Shown here: piece by piece, positions 33,016 through 45,959 of the stretch
How the letters are laid out: the number at the start of each line of letters is the position of its first letter
Position numbering within the stretch: the stretch's first letter is position 1
Source: Tubulanus polymorphus
Taxonomy: Eukaryota > Animalia > Nemertea
DNA length: 64,000 nucleotides
Direction of reading: 5' to 3'
NCBI RefSeq assembly: GCF_964204645.1
Contig: NC_134028.1
Span: 24,548,345 to 24,612,344, forward strand
Notes under the pieces: generated by a model
What the model was told of the DNA's origin: nothing
Databases searched by the model: none
Seen by the model: only the letters and a program-made list of their open reading frames with translations
Program-made: the position numbers and the translations under genes

Positions 33016-34208
33016 CAATTCCTGATGTTGTAGATTGTAATAAATAGTACAAAATACATAGAACATAATTAAGAAAAATACATTAAAAAAATCAATTAAT
33101 AAAAAAATACATAACAAAAAAATAAAGTAATAAAAATAAAAAAAACCAACAAACAATTAGTAAATACTTTATATAGGGCCTTCATCATCAGGCATTTTTT
33201 CTAATCAACTTAATCCAATTATTAAAGGTTCTTCTTTCATAGAACAACCTTCTCCGTGTTTCCCAACCACTTGAGATCCTTTCTGTTGTTGTTTTAAGCA
33301 TTCTATCGGCTCAGTAATAAACAAAACAAATAACCATAAACCTTAACTTAATCAAACACACTAAAAAATATCTGTTTCGATAGAATGCTTCAAATAACTG
33401 ATGAAAGATCATGCGTCCATTTACCTATATATCACACCCTATCACTGATGTAACTGTTAATTGTTTTAGGGCTAATATCTGGGAGATACATTTTACTCTT
33501 TTTTAGAAAGAATGTTAAACAGCTATAAACGTGATTAGTTATCGATAGTAAGATTATTGTCACGTTTTCCCTGAAATAACGTTGTATTAAATGAGCGAAC
33601 TGATAATGTTTGAAAATCTTAAGTTAAGACAAGGTGCAGCGAAAATTCTAGTTTTCTAGTAAAAATGCAGTTGCAGTGGAAATGTTTTTGGTGAATAAGA
33701 CCTTGAAATACCTTGCATGATGTAGTAGCATATGTGATATTAAAAGCTAGTATATTTTGAATAAGTCATTATAAGACTAAAAATGATTCCTTGTTTTTCC
33801 TGATCAGCTGGGTCATTTCATAAAATCAATGAAATTTGATATCAGTTCATTTCTACCTGCCGGGTCTGTTAATCAGATTGATTACTTAGAATCTTACGCT
33901 TTCCAGAGTATTTGGCCAGGTTTATCTCTGGTTTTAGTGCGGGGAGCCATGGACTCGAGAGTCCATGGTTGTCGGCCATAGACGTTTTTGTTTTATAGAG
34001 TCTATGGTTGGACCATGAATGTATAAACTCTAGTTTAAAGTTTATACGTCCATGATTGGATTGTTTTTGAAATAAAGTCCACGTGTTTGAGGAGCTTACA
34101 TAATAATCCCTCGAGCACAAACCTGGCATTTTGTATAATTGTTGTATGAGAATAAATATGATTGTTTGAAATTCTTTATTTGTTTAGTAAATTAGCTACT
34201 CTGAATTT

Positions 34209-34449
34209 TCTTTTCAACTGAATTATTTTATCATAGGGCCTAACATTTTTTCTGCTGAATTTCTGGATATTTTTCTCACAGAAATTATTATTTTTTGTGC
34301 ACGTTTGTGATGCATATTTTGTTGTGTCCTTAATTTTTCCTCACAGAATTCGTCTTCTTTGAAATGTGAATTGCAATTTGCAATGCCAAGAGGCTGTTAA
34401 CTTCCGCAGTTCGACGCTGTTATCGTCTTGGAATGAACATGCTGGACCA
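34209..34449. repeat. ~250-bp direct repeat, copy 2 (copy 1 at 10061-10313)
   Basis: Same sequence as copy 1; both copies end TGCTGGACCA. Confidence 0.92.
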
Positions 34450-35114
34450 GTTTCGTTTCTCCTTATCTATTCAATTTCTTCATTCAGTATATCAATCTAT
34501 CCAGTCTCTCTCTGTGAACTGGGTGTTCAATGATGTACCGTACATCATTTCTTCTGCGTATCTGATTGATTTCAAATTTCTTAAGCGATGATTTTCCTGA
34601 GAAATTTACGAAATGTTTATTCACAAAAAAGCATATTTTCTGGTTTTTCATTCTTTTTATCAAGACAATATTTGGGGTTATTTTCTTTCACCACAGAAGT
34701 CGATGGTGCCTCCGGAAAAATAGTGTATTTTTGATTTAAATAATGGTTGAATTTAAATCAATGGCTGTGTAACGGGGCGTCCGTCACTTAGATTTTGTCT
34801 ATACCATATCATATTATTATTGTATATTGGATGAAAAAAAAAATAAAAACTATAAACTTATTTCATGTTCGTGTGTAGAGTGTTTCTATGTTTCTATTGT
34901 TGGTTGATGACTTTGATGAAGTAGACATCTCAAACCGAGATCAATAATTGGTCTTGATCACCTCAGGTAGACAATGTTTACGTACAACTGCAGACATCGG
35001 GGACAGGGAATTTGATAAAATTCTGGAAATCACCGGGATATGGTGTTAATGTTTCTATGAATTGCATTCCGCGATGCTAGTCATCATAACTTTGTTTCAT
35101 TATGTTCAGTTGAA

Positions 35115-35335
35115 CAGGGCGGCCACTTGCCTGGAAATCAATTTCTTAACTTTAAAAGTCAGGGGTAAGTAAGTGAAATTTGTTGCGATTGCTAGATCGC
35201 GCGTAAAACCAAACATTTTCCATCTTTGTTTTACGTATTTGATTGTATTATTTGATTGAATTCTTAGCAGATGGAATCTGGGAAAGCAACGTGTAAGTCA
35301 GGGAAAAAGCTAGTCAAATCAAAGTGGCCACCTTG
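35115..35335. mobile_element. hAT-like MITE
   Basis: Termini CAGGGCGGCCACTT / AAGTGGCCACCTTG with internal GTCAGGG repeats; no clear 8-bp target duplication. Confidence 0.5.
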
Positions 35336-35648
35336 TTAAAATTGCTACATCATCCTTCAAGATAGCAACTCTGGTCTTTCTTGCTGCCATTCAACGTTCT
35401 GCCTTCAAAGGGAATTTGGCAGCGGATTGATCGTGGTCACCCTGATGGGGCTGGGGCCACTTCTGATGTAAAATATGCTTTGAACTACTTACGTGGAAGT
35501 AGGGCAGCAGAATTCTGAACAATCCCTTAAATTTTTCTTTCTTTAAAAAGCCAAACGATAATAGAATAAAATCACGAAAACTAAATGAATTGCATTTCCA
35601 AATAATCGATTATTTCATTCAATTCTAAGTAACAAATAAAAAACCCGA

Positions 35649-38600
35649 TCAATCCTTCTCGAATTTCTTCTTTTTCTTTTCGATTTGACCGAGAGTACGA
35701 TAGATTTGTTTTTTCGTCTCTTTCTGTTTTTGCGCCTGTTTTTTCTCGATCAGACCCATTTTCTTGCGATGGTCAACGACTCGCTTCGTCATCGCCTCGC
35801 GCTGTTTACGAATCTTATCGCGATGAACGGCTTTCAACATTTTCATCATTTTATTCACCTGTTCATAAGAGAAATAGAATACTCCAGATAACTACCATAC
35901 AATAAATTCCATTCTCAACTTGGATAAAACTGTTAATAACGCAGGATCTACTCAGTCATTTGGATGTTTGTTTGGAGTGGATGGTGTCTACTGCATAATC
36001 TAAATTAAATATCACTCTCAAGCCAAAAGATCTGACTTGAGCGGAGTCTACTGTATCATTCAACTCAGATATCACTCTCAAGTCAAATGATCTGACTTGA
36101 GCGGAGTCTACTGTATCATCCAACTCAGATATCACTCTCAAGTCAAATGATCTGACTTGAGCGGAGTCTACTGTATCATCCAACTCAGATATCACTCTCA
36201 AGTCAAATGATCTGACTTGAGCGGAGTCTACTGTATCATCCAACTCAGTTATCACTCTCAAGTCAAATGATCTGACTTGAGCGGAGTCTACTGTATCATC
36301 CAACTCAGTTATCACTCTCAAGTCAAATGATCTGACTTGAGCGGAGTCTACTGTATCATCCAACTCAGTTATCACTCTCAAGTCAAATGATCTGACTTGA
36401 GCGGAGTCTACTGTATCATCCAACTCAGTTATCACTCTCAAGTCAAATGATCTGACTTGAGCGGAGTCTACTGTATCATCCAACTCAGTTATCACTCTCA
36501 AGTCAAATGATCTGACTTGAGCGGAGTCTACTGTATCATCCAACTCAGTTATCACTCTCAAGTCAAATGATCTGACTTGAGCGGAGTCTACTGTATCATC
36601 CAACTCAGTTATCACTCTCAAGTCAAATGATCCGACTTGAGCGGAGTCTACTGTATCATCCAACTCAGTTATCACTCTCAAGTCAAATGAACCGACTTGA
36701 GCGGAGTCTACTGTATCATCCAACTCAGTTATCACTCTCAAGTCAAATGATCTGACTTGAGCGGAGTCTACTGTATCATCCAACTCAGATATCACTCTCA
36801 AGTCAAAAGATCAGACTTGAGCGGAGTCTACTGTATCATCCAACTCAGATATCACTCTCAAGTCAAAAGATCAGACTTGAGCGGAGTCTACTGTATCATC
36901 CAACTCAGATATCACTCTCAAGTCAAATGATCTGACTTGAGCGGAGTCTACTGTATCATCCAACTCAGTTATCACTCTCAAGTCAAATGATCTGACTTGA
37001 GCGGAGTCTACTGTATCATCCAACTCAGTTATCACTCTCAAGTCAAATGATCTGACTTGAGCGGAGTCTACTGTATCATCCAACTCAGATATCACTCTCA
37101 AGTCAAAAGATCAGACTTGAGCGGAGTCTACTGTATCATCCAACTCAGATATCACTCTCAAGTCAAAAGATCAGACTTGAGCGGAGTCTACTGTATCATC
37201 CAACTCAGATATCACTCTCAAGTCAAATGATCTGACTTGAGCGGAGTCTACTGTATCATCCAACTCAGTTATCACTCTCAAGTCAAATGATCTGACTTGA
37301 GCGGAGTCTACTGTATCATCCAACTCAGATATCACTCTCAAGTCAAATGATCTGACATGAGCGGAGTATACTGTATCATCCAACTCAGATATTGCTCTCA
37401 AGTCAAAAGATCAGACTTGAGCAGAGTCTACTGAACCAGCAAGTCAAAAGATTCACTTTTGTGGAGTCACTACTGTATTTTATCCATACCTTCTGCTGTT
37501 TAGGCTCTAGAACAACTGCCACTCGACCCTCTTTAACCGGGTCTCGTGTTTTTCTCATCATTTTCGGTTTGTCCTTGAACGGAAGATTTTTTTGCAACTG
37601 TTTCGGGATTTTCAGAGGAATAATACTCTTTTCGCTACGAGTGATTTCCTGGAATAGTAAAAAATTGAAAATCACACACAGCCACGTATGTCTCGCCAGG
37701 GATGAGCAGATATTAGCCCCCTACCCTAAAATTCTGAGAACTATTAACCCTTTCAGCGCTGACTAATTCATACCTGAAAGTGCTGATGATATTTTGAATT
37801 AGAAAAAAAAATTCCACCCCAGCACATTAAATAACAGCAAAAATATGTATTTTTGATAACAGGCATACCTGCACTATAATGCGTCTACACCACAGTGCGA
37901 TGTAATGCTAGTTACCAATATTTAACCATCACCCATTAAGACGCACTGAAAGGGTTCAACTAATAATTACATTATGACCCAGTGAGGAAATGGTTACCTT
38001 GTACAACGAATCTTCATTGGCTTCGTTTTGAATGCCTCGCTCTCTCTTCAACTGCCCCAATGTTTTCATACCCTGCCATTTACATCGCTCTTCGCTCGGC
38101 AGAAGCAGAGTTGTAACCGGATTGTAAAATTTGGGCGCTTCGATCGGATACCACGACCTCATAAATATAATATCTGAAACACAAAATGTTTAAAAGATAC
38201 ACAAAACACTACGAAATACATAATCAATGTGAAATCCCACAATAAAACACCATGAAATATACAATTTGTGAAAAATTTGTGCACCTAATTTTTTGTTGAA
38301 ATTTACTTTTTTGGGATTTAGCAGTTACATGAGATTTGGTACAATTTGGTGAATTTTGTCACGGGAAAATTTCTAAGGAAGTTTAAGGAAATGGAGCTAT
38401 CATAAATTATTCGCTGCCAATTCTCATTAATCAAGCGCTTACCACTAGCGAGTATTTTGTCCTCAAAAGTGGCCCTAAAAGCCCCGGCCGGAGATTTCAC
38501 AGCTTTCTTTATCTGACCCCGTATTCCGCTCACAGCTCGTAAAGCAGCCCCTTCAAACTTCGCAACCTCTAACGAAGAGTTGAACATTCCCTGCGAAAAA

Positions 38601-41600
38601 GATTTTGATCATTTTCTGTCAGCACATCGGGCGCCATCTATCAGATATTGGGAGTGATTTTTTTAAAAGCCACTCCGATCAGCTCACCTGAATAAATGCA
38701 GTTTTCTTGTAGATTTTCAGAGGTGTACCTATAAGTTTCAATTTCTTCACGATTACAGTCGACTTGTCCAATGATAAAACTACACCAGTGGCAGCAATTC
38801 GGAAATCCCTCTGCGCAAAATAACATGAATCATTCTGTCAGTATGGTTGAAATTGATATAAAATTTACAGAATAAAAAGTTTTCTCAATTAAAGGAGTTC
38901 TTGAATTATTAGTTCAAGAAATCATTTCGGACCTTTATTCTAAGTGTGGGATCTTATATTAAGAAGAATCTAAATATAAAGTCGAATGATAGAGCTCACT
39001 TAACGGGCAACATTCAATGTAATAACATTCACCATTTGTTATAATGCCATCATTTCTTAGTTCAAACAATTGCGTTAACTGTAAATGGAGTAGAAAATAA
39101 ATGAAAAATTTCTTGATATGGTTCTTATAACTTACAGTGGCTGCGGTAACCGTTTGAACTGCTAAAAATCCTGTATTTTGAGGAGTGATTGGACCTGAAA
39201 TGAGAACGATGAGAAATTGAAATCATTAACATGTACATTAGACAACGCTTGACCCGGATCTCATGGGAATGATTAATTTCCTCCAAGAGGCAAGTGAATT
39301 TGGGGGCAGTCAGAGGGAAAATTCTAAATATTTCATCCAGGACATGTGATAATCGGAGGCAATTTGCTTTTTGACAAGTCTACTGCTACATTACTAGGTA
39401 TTCAGGTAGATTTAATAATTGATATTACTCAATTATTTGATTAAAGTTAACCGTTAGGTTGGATATATCCACGGTAACAATGCAACACTATCCCTGACAT
39501 GTTTTGGTAAAAGATCCCTAAGATCCCATTAATTGTTACGATGACAGCTTTCTTCTATTAAACTGCTATAATAAAAAAACTTTTGAGCAACTGACCCAAG
39601 ATGAATAAAGTTCAAGAAAAAGCCTACATTTAGAAAGAGAATCTATGCGCAGTTCACAGTTTCGATTCAATGAGCCATTCTTAAAACTGGTTTTTGATGA
39701 ATACAGTTATAAATAATTATTACTAGGAAGAAGTTCCTACGTACGGCTAGCTAAAATTCAGTGAATTTAGACAAGTGATAGTTGACCTGGAAAACGGCAG
39801 ATCATAATTTGTCGAGCAGAATGACATGACTTATTGAAGAGATGTATGGAGGAAGATGTCAGGGTCATTCATAGCGGGGGGTTAGGGCACTGTTGCCCCC
39901 CACCCCAGAGATTTTGGAATAGTTCCGTTTTTGCAAATATCATTATTATATCCAATAGAAATTAAATGCAGAATCCTCACTTGGGACTGACAACGCCTAG
40001 TTGAGTTTATTGTTAGGGCATATTAGAAGAATCAAAACCAATATATCAGTTTTCTGACTTTAGGTAACTGCCCTTTTTCAGTTTTCTCTGCCCCCCCTCC
40101 CCCCGCGAGGTACAGCCCTGGATTTTATTACTGCATTAAACATTTGAACATGGAGCCTATCGGCTTGTGATTTGAATAAAACAGAAACTGCATACCTAGG
40201 GGGGCTCCTTTATGGCCAAATCGGTCACAGCAGAGCTAAACAGTTTCACTGCCCCGCAATGCAGCAATCGAAAGTAATTGTAGCAATTCAAAGCCCGATC
40301 AAGCAAACGAATGAAAATAGCATCAACTCACCCCAAAACGATGCGTGACAATGTAGATGCTGCGGTGTATATTTCAATAGTCGATTTCTCAGATTATGAT
40401 CTTCGATCGTGTACAGCGGTATCGTCTGAAAACGTCTCCAACCGAGCGAAAACACGAGCGGGTCGCGCGTCTTCAAGATCTTCTTGTGCCATCGGTGTTT
40501 TTTCAAACGTAGCTTCACGTAGCCGATCGTGTCCTCGACTCGTAACAACCCGCCGAGTATAACCGGATAGGTGGCGTCGAAGTTCGTCACGAATTCGCAC
40601 GGCACGTTGTCGATCTCGACGCGAACGTACATTCCCGGACGGAATCCTTCGTACTGTACGCGCAGATCGTCCTCTAAATCCTCGAATTCTGCGCGATTGA
40701 ACTGCGGAGACAAAAATGTTTTTCTTTAAATGTATCAGCTCATGGAATTTGCTTTTTTCTTACCCTTAACTGAACTTTCAGTACTCCAAACATTTTGCCC
40801 ATTTTAACACATCCCCGAAAGGGAGACCGCTACTTTACAGCATTCGGCGTGGCTGCTGAGAAATGTCCCCTACTTTGGAAACCATCACAAAAAGTTATAT
40901 TTCCCCAATTTGTGGCAGAGAAAAAAATGAAATCAACCAAAATTCATTGACATAAGGATATTTAACCCGACTTGGATTTACTGTAACATGAGGTCGCTGT
41001 ACAAATAATATCACAGTTGACTGTAATTTGTAGCTGAAGGATTCATCACACTGTATTACTGTAATACCTGTGATTGTTGTTCCATTTCAGCTTTCATTTC
41101 ATCTACGAAACTCGGACCTTCTTTACCATCATAGTCGGAATCGAACATTGCTTTCAGTTTCTTTTTCTTTTCCTGGCGTTTTTGGATCGCCAATTCCGCT
41201 CGACTGAGCTCCTTCTTTTCGTCGCCATCTAGCAAAATGAGAAAATTGGATTTTTCAAATAACTACAGTTAAAAATTTCAATTTTGGGCCGATTTTTCAC
41301 ATTTTTTACATCATAGCAAAATTTTAAAATTGTATCTAGGTTCTCAGGCAAGAGGGTGTGTATAAAACCTATCTAGGCCGGGGGTGCACTGCAGTAGAAT
41401 ATTCTGTCTAGAATATTGAGATTGCCGCAATTTATTGTCACAAACAATGAGAAGCGAGCAAGAGGCCAGACAAATTTATACCTAATTGAACCAGTGACCT
41501 ATTAGAAGCTGACAGAGCCGATTAGCTGAAATATTATGGCCAAAAAAAATATTGAAATATCTGAATGAGGAAACCTACATATTTCTCATCTTATTCTAAT

Positions 41601-44600
41601 AAACTTTAATCTATGCGAATAATGTACATTTCATGGAAACAATGTAAATCTTTTCCGATCAGCCCTAACAGCCTGCAGTAGATGGGCGACATCAATTATT
41701 CACTAGACGGATATTTTCGCTACTTTTTGAACGCGCGTTGTCATAATATCATTGGATCGTGAATAATAAATGAAAACAATGAGTAAAATCTCCTTAAAAA
41801 TAGAAACTCATCTGAGTATTGGTGTCAATATATGTATACACAACGTTTCATGTTAGTCCAGGTGAAAATAACGTAATCTTATTACACAAATTTCACGCTT
41901 AAGCATGAATTTTTACGATTTTCATTTTTAACACCCTCTCGAATAGTACAATTTCGCAGCAATTAATCAAGTCTGTGCAGTTATTTGCCGGGATTCACGT
42001 CATGACAGTTTGCTTAATTAACAATTACATAGGCTTAATCACGTTCGTATTAAGGTAACAGTAGGTGACTTTAATTAGCCGCGAAAATAACATCCGCAAT
42101 GCGAGAAATGTAACGAGAAACGCGTAAAAAAAGATTAATAAACGAACGACTATACGGAAATAGGTTTTCCATATACATTTATATAAATAAAACTTCTAAC
42201 CATTGAAAATAATTTCGTTTTCGTAACTGAATTCCAACTGCGGAAATAGCGAAAATACCCGTCTAGCGAATATTGCGTGGCGCATACTTGGCAACGGGGA
42301 TCGTTGGCAACGGTGGCTGTCAGAGTAGAGGCTACTGTCGGAGGCTAGTAAACTAGAGCGGTGATTGGCGGAGGCGCGCGGATAATACAGACAGCGGATC
42401 GTGATAAATATCAGTGTTGTGAGAACCAGAGACGTGAACAGGTAAAGACGCTCAGGTGATCCACTCCTATATACATTAAAAACAGCAAAACACTAAAGGT
42501 AAGACTCTTTGAAACTTTTAGCTCGAATTACAACCGATTTCTGATTTAAAATGGCTGTTATTTCCATGGATATTCATTGTTAACTCGACCTGGACTAAAT
42601 GATGCCGGGGTTGGCTGGATTTTTTAAATTTCAAAAATAACTGAAGCCAAGGACGTTCGCATCATAAATGCTTGTTGTACTTCAGTTTGCTGAAGCCGGA
42701 CGTAGATCGTTTTTAAAATGTGCTAAAATAATTGATTTTACAAATCAAGTTAGTTATCTTCGTTTTTAAGGTTTTAAAAAGCTAAAGGCAAGAATAAGGG
42801 TGGGGTTACCATAGCGACGCGATTCAACAATTAATACATGGAATGAGATCGAAGTCAAACTCAAATTGAAATACTCGATTTAGTCATTATTTTGTTCCTA
42901 TAATGAGAGGACAACATTTCAAACAACTCAACCGTTGTCAACTTTCTGATTTGTCATGTATTTAAATTTGTTTCTATTTTGATTGTTTCAGCAAAATGAC
43001 GACCCCCGGTGGAGGAGAACGCAAGGCGGTCATTAAAAACGCTGACATGCCCGAAGAGATGCAACAAGACGCGGTCGACTGCGCCACGCAGGCCATCGAC
43101 AAATTCAACATCGAAAAGGACATCGCCGCGTTCGTCAAGAAGGAATTCGACAAGAAATACAACCCGACCTGGCATTGCATCGTCGGCCGAAACTTCGGTA
43201 GCTACGTGACGCACGAGACGAAACATTTCATCTATTTCTACCTGGGACAAGTCGCCGTACTGCTGTTCAAATCGGGATAGAATCGCACATACCACTGCCG
43301 CGAAGATCAGCGAAATTTTTATTAAAACCGTGAACTTAAAAACGAAAGATGTCGATCGCATAAATATGTGTGTAAAGCGTTCTCTAAAGACTTGAAAAAA
43401 AAAACAGGACAGTTGCCTAAAAATATTTGATAAATTATTATTATTATTATTATTATAAAGCTTGTTGTTATTGAGAGGTTGTTATATTGCGTAGATCTAA
43501 ACCACGCCACGCTGCGTAATAAAAATACTTAAATATAAAACGATGTGCAGGATTTTTTTGTGATCAACGTTCCAAATTAACGCTAACGCTTTTTCTATGT
43601 ACGGATTTCGATTTTGAATTACTCTACGAGCTGCATGGACTATTATCTGTGAACTATTTGGCATAAAAGCGATCCAAATAGTTTAACGCTGTAACATTGT
43701 TTTTGATTTCTAATGGACGGTCTGAGTGTCTGTAAAAGTGCGTCTGTTCTGATTGTTTCATCTTCACTGCCAGTTGGCACTGTTTACTATTATACGAAAA
43801 TATATTTTTTTCCGTAATAATACGAAGTTCTGAACAATGGGTTTTAATTCGGTACCTTCTTTATTTTCTGGCGTTTCATCGTTAGTCTCTAGATCATCGC
43901 CGCTGTTGTCATCATCTTCAGCGGTTTTAATATTGGTCGTCACTTCACCGGTTTCTAGATCCTCAAAGTCGCCGTATAGTTCATCTGAAAAACCGGGAAA
44001 TCATGAGGATTCATAAAGCTGCAGTCTTTCAATTATTATTCAGGGTATATTGGTGCAGAAAGCCTTGATTGAGGAGTCTATGCTATCTCTGGGGCTGCAG
44101 TTGCCCAAAGGTTGGTTTGAGGGTACCGCAATGACAGTTGAAAGGGTTCATCCACGCAGATTTTGACTGACAATGAAACAAAATGTTCTAGTTAATTTAT
44201 TTCATAGAAAACATGTTCAACAAAATAATATTTACAATTCCAAGTTCCCAACAGCTTGAGACGTAAAATTACCCTCATTGTTATCAAAAACCACTACGAA
44301 ATATTGTAGAGATATCTGATATAGGTAACCTGGGCCCGGTTTCAAAGATTGAGTATCAAAGTTATCCCTAGGGAGAAATCCTCAATCTGGTTGACAGCCA
44401 CCATAGTAACAATGAGAAACCATGGTTATAACTGACAAATTTCAAAATGTTCCCAGGGACTATTTTTCTTCCATGTCTATGAAACCCAGCCCTGGTCTAT
44501 ATTTGACCGGTAATGGGTTCGGAGAGTATTGTTATTAGGTAAACCACTATCGAGTGAGTGAGTGACTGCTGAACAAGTAACAAGTCTGCAGTAGTTAAAT

Positions 44601-45909
44601 CTTACCGTCTTGATCTAATAACGCTTGTGCATCGTCACTTTTCTCCCACTTTCCAGTCACAAAACAATCTTTAATCGACTCCAATAACTACACATAAAAA
44701 AAAAAAACAACATTTAAACGTTGAAATCAACGATAAACAAGTTGAGGGATTAGTAAAATACAACAAGAGTACCTCCTCCCAGTTGACGGCAGCTATATCT
44801 GATGTATACAGCGAACAATCAGTACCGTGGAAACCGCGCTGTTCACTCGTACCCTTCTTACGATTTAGAGTAAATAAACCACCGACTTCACCTTCATCAT
44901 TCGAATCATCATTCGATTCGTCTTCATCGACAACTGGAAGAGATTCGTGAGAATTATGCCTCGCTCACTTCATGACTGGGTTCCAGTGGTGGATAAGTCA
45001 TTGCTTCATGGATCTTTAATAATTTTGATTTTTTCACTCAGTCAGAGACCAAATGAATTTACCTTGTCCGTAAACGTGTTTTCTCCAATTCACTTTCTCG
45101 TTCCTACGACTGAAGAATCCCTCAGACGCTTTGATAGCAAGATTTTCTTTCCACTTCAAATGACCTGAAAAATCCATGACAAATAAAATAGTAAACTCTC
45201 CTGAATTTGAATGCTTCTTAGAACAATTGCGACAGAATGTGAATTGAATTCCACCATCAGTAGCTCGAATTATTGCCTGACAAAAATCACTGGTCTCAAT
45301 TCAATAGTTAGGAGGGATCTACTAAAAATACCGTATATAAGGAAGACCTGCACAATTTGATTCAAATTGGACACATAATTCTTATCGTAGTTAGAAAAAG
45401 GTCCTGAAACCAGTTCACAATTGCGCAATTGAAATTAAGAATTTAAGTTTGAGACAGACTACTGGTACCGGTAGATCAATTCCTTCAGCAACAATGGATT
45501 CACCAACTAGAAAATTTACGTTGCATCTCTTGGCATGCCAAAATCAATTCACCAATGAAATTTGTGGATTTAAGTGACATGTTTGCAACTGGGTCCCATA
45601 CTAACTCTTGTCTTCATAAATCATTCAATCCTTACCTGTTTCCTCTTCGTTATCGCTTACTTCTGACTGACTAGACTCATCATTATTCACCGCCATTTCA
45701 TCATCGCTAGTTTCCTCGTCATCTGAAGAATCGGATGCCTGCTCCTCGTTTCTAGCATTGATATTCCTCAGAGCGTTTTTCACCGTTTGTGCGATATGAT
45801 CAGTGTTTGAACTTTCGTCCGTTCTCGCCGGATATTCTTGAACGTCGGTGTTAATTCGTTTGGAGGATCCTCCTCCAGTTCCTCGTGAGGATCCTCCATT
45901 ATCAAAATC

Positions 45910-45959
<50 letters not shown>

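Noticed and set aside
35956-37401. 281-aa and 76-aa repetitive ORFs ([20 protein letters not shown])n
   Set aside because: A 60-bp unit is a multiple of three and is open by chance; starts are TTG, stops interrupt the array, and BMS1 splices across it in frame.
42954-43361. 135-aa minus-strand ORF over LC8
   Set aside because: Antisense shadow of the LC8 coding sequence.
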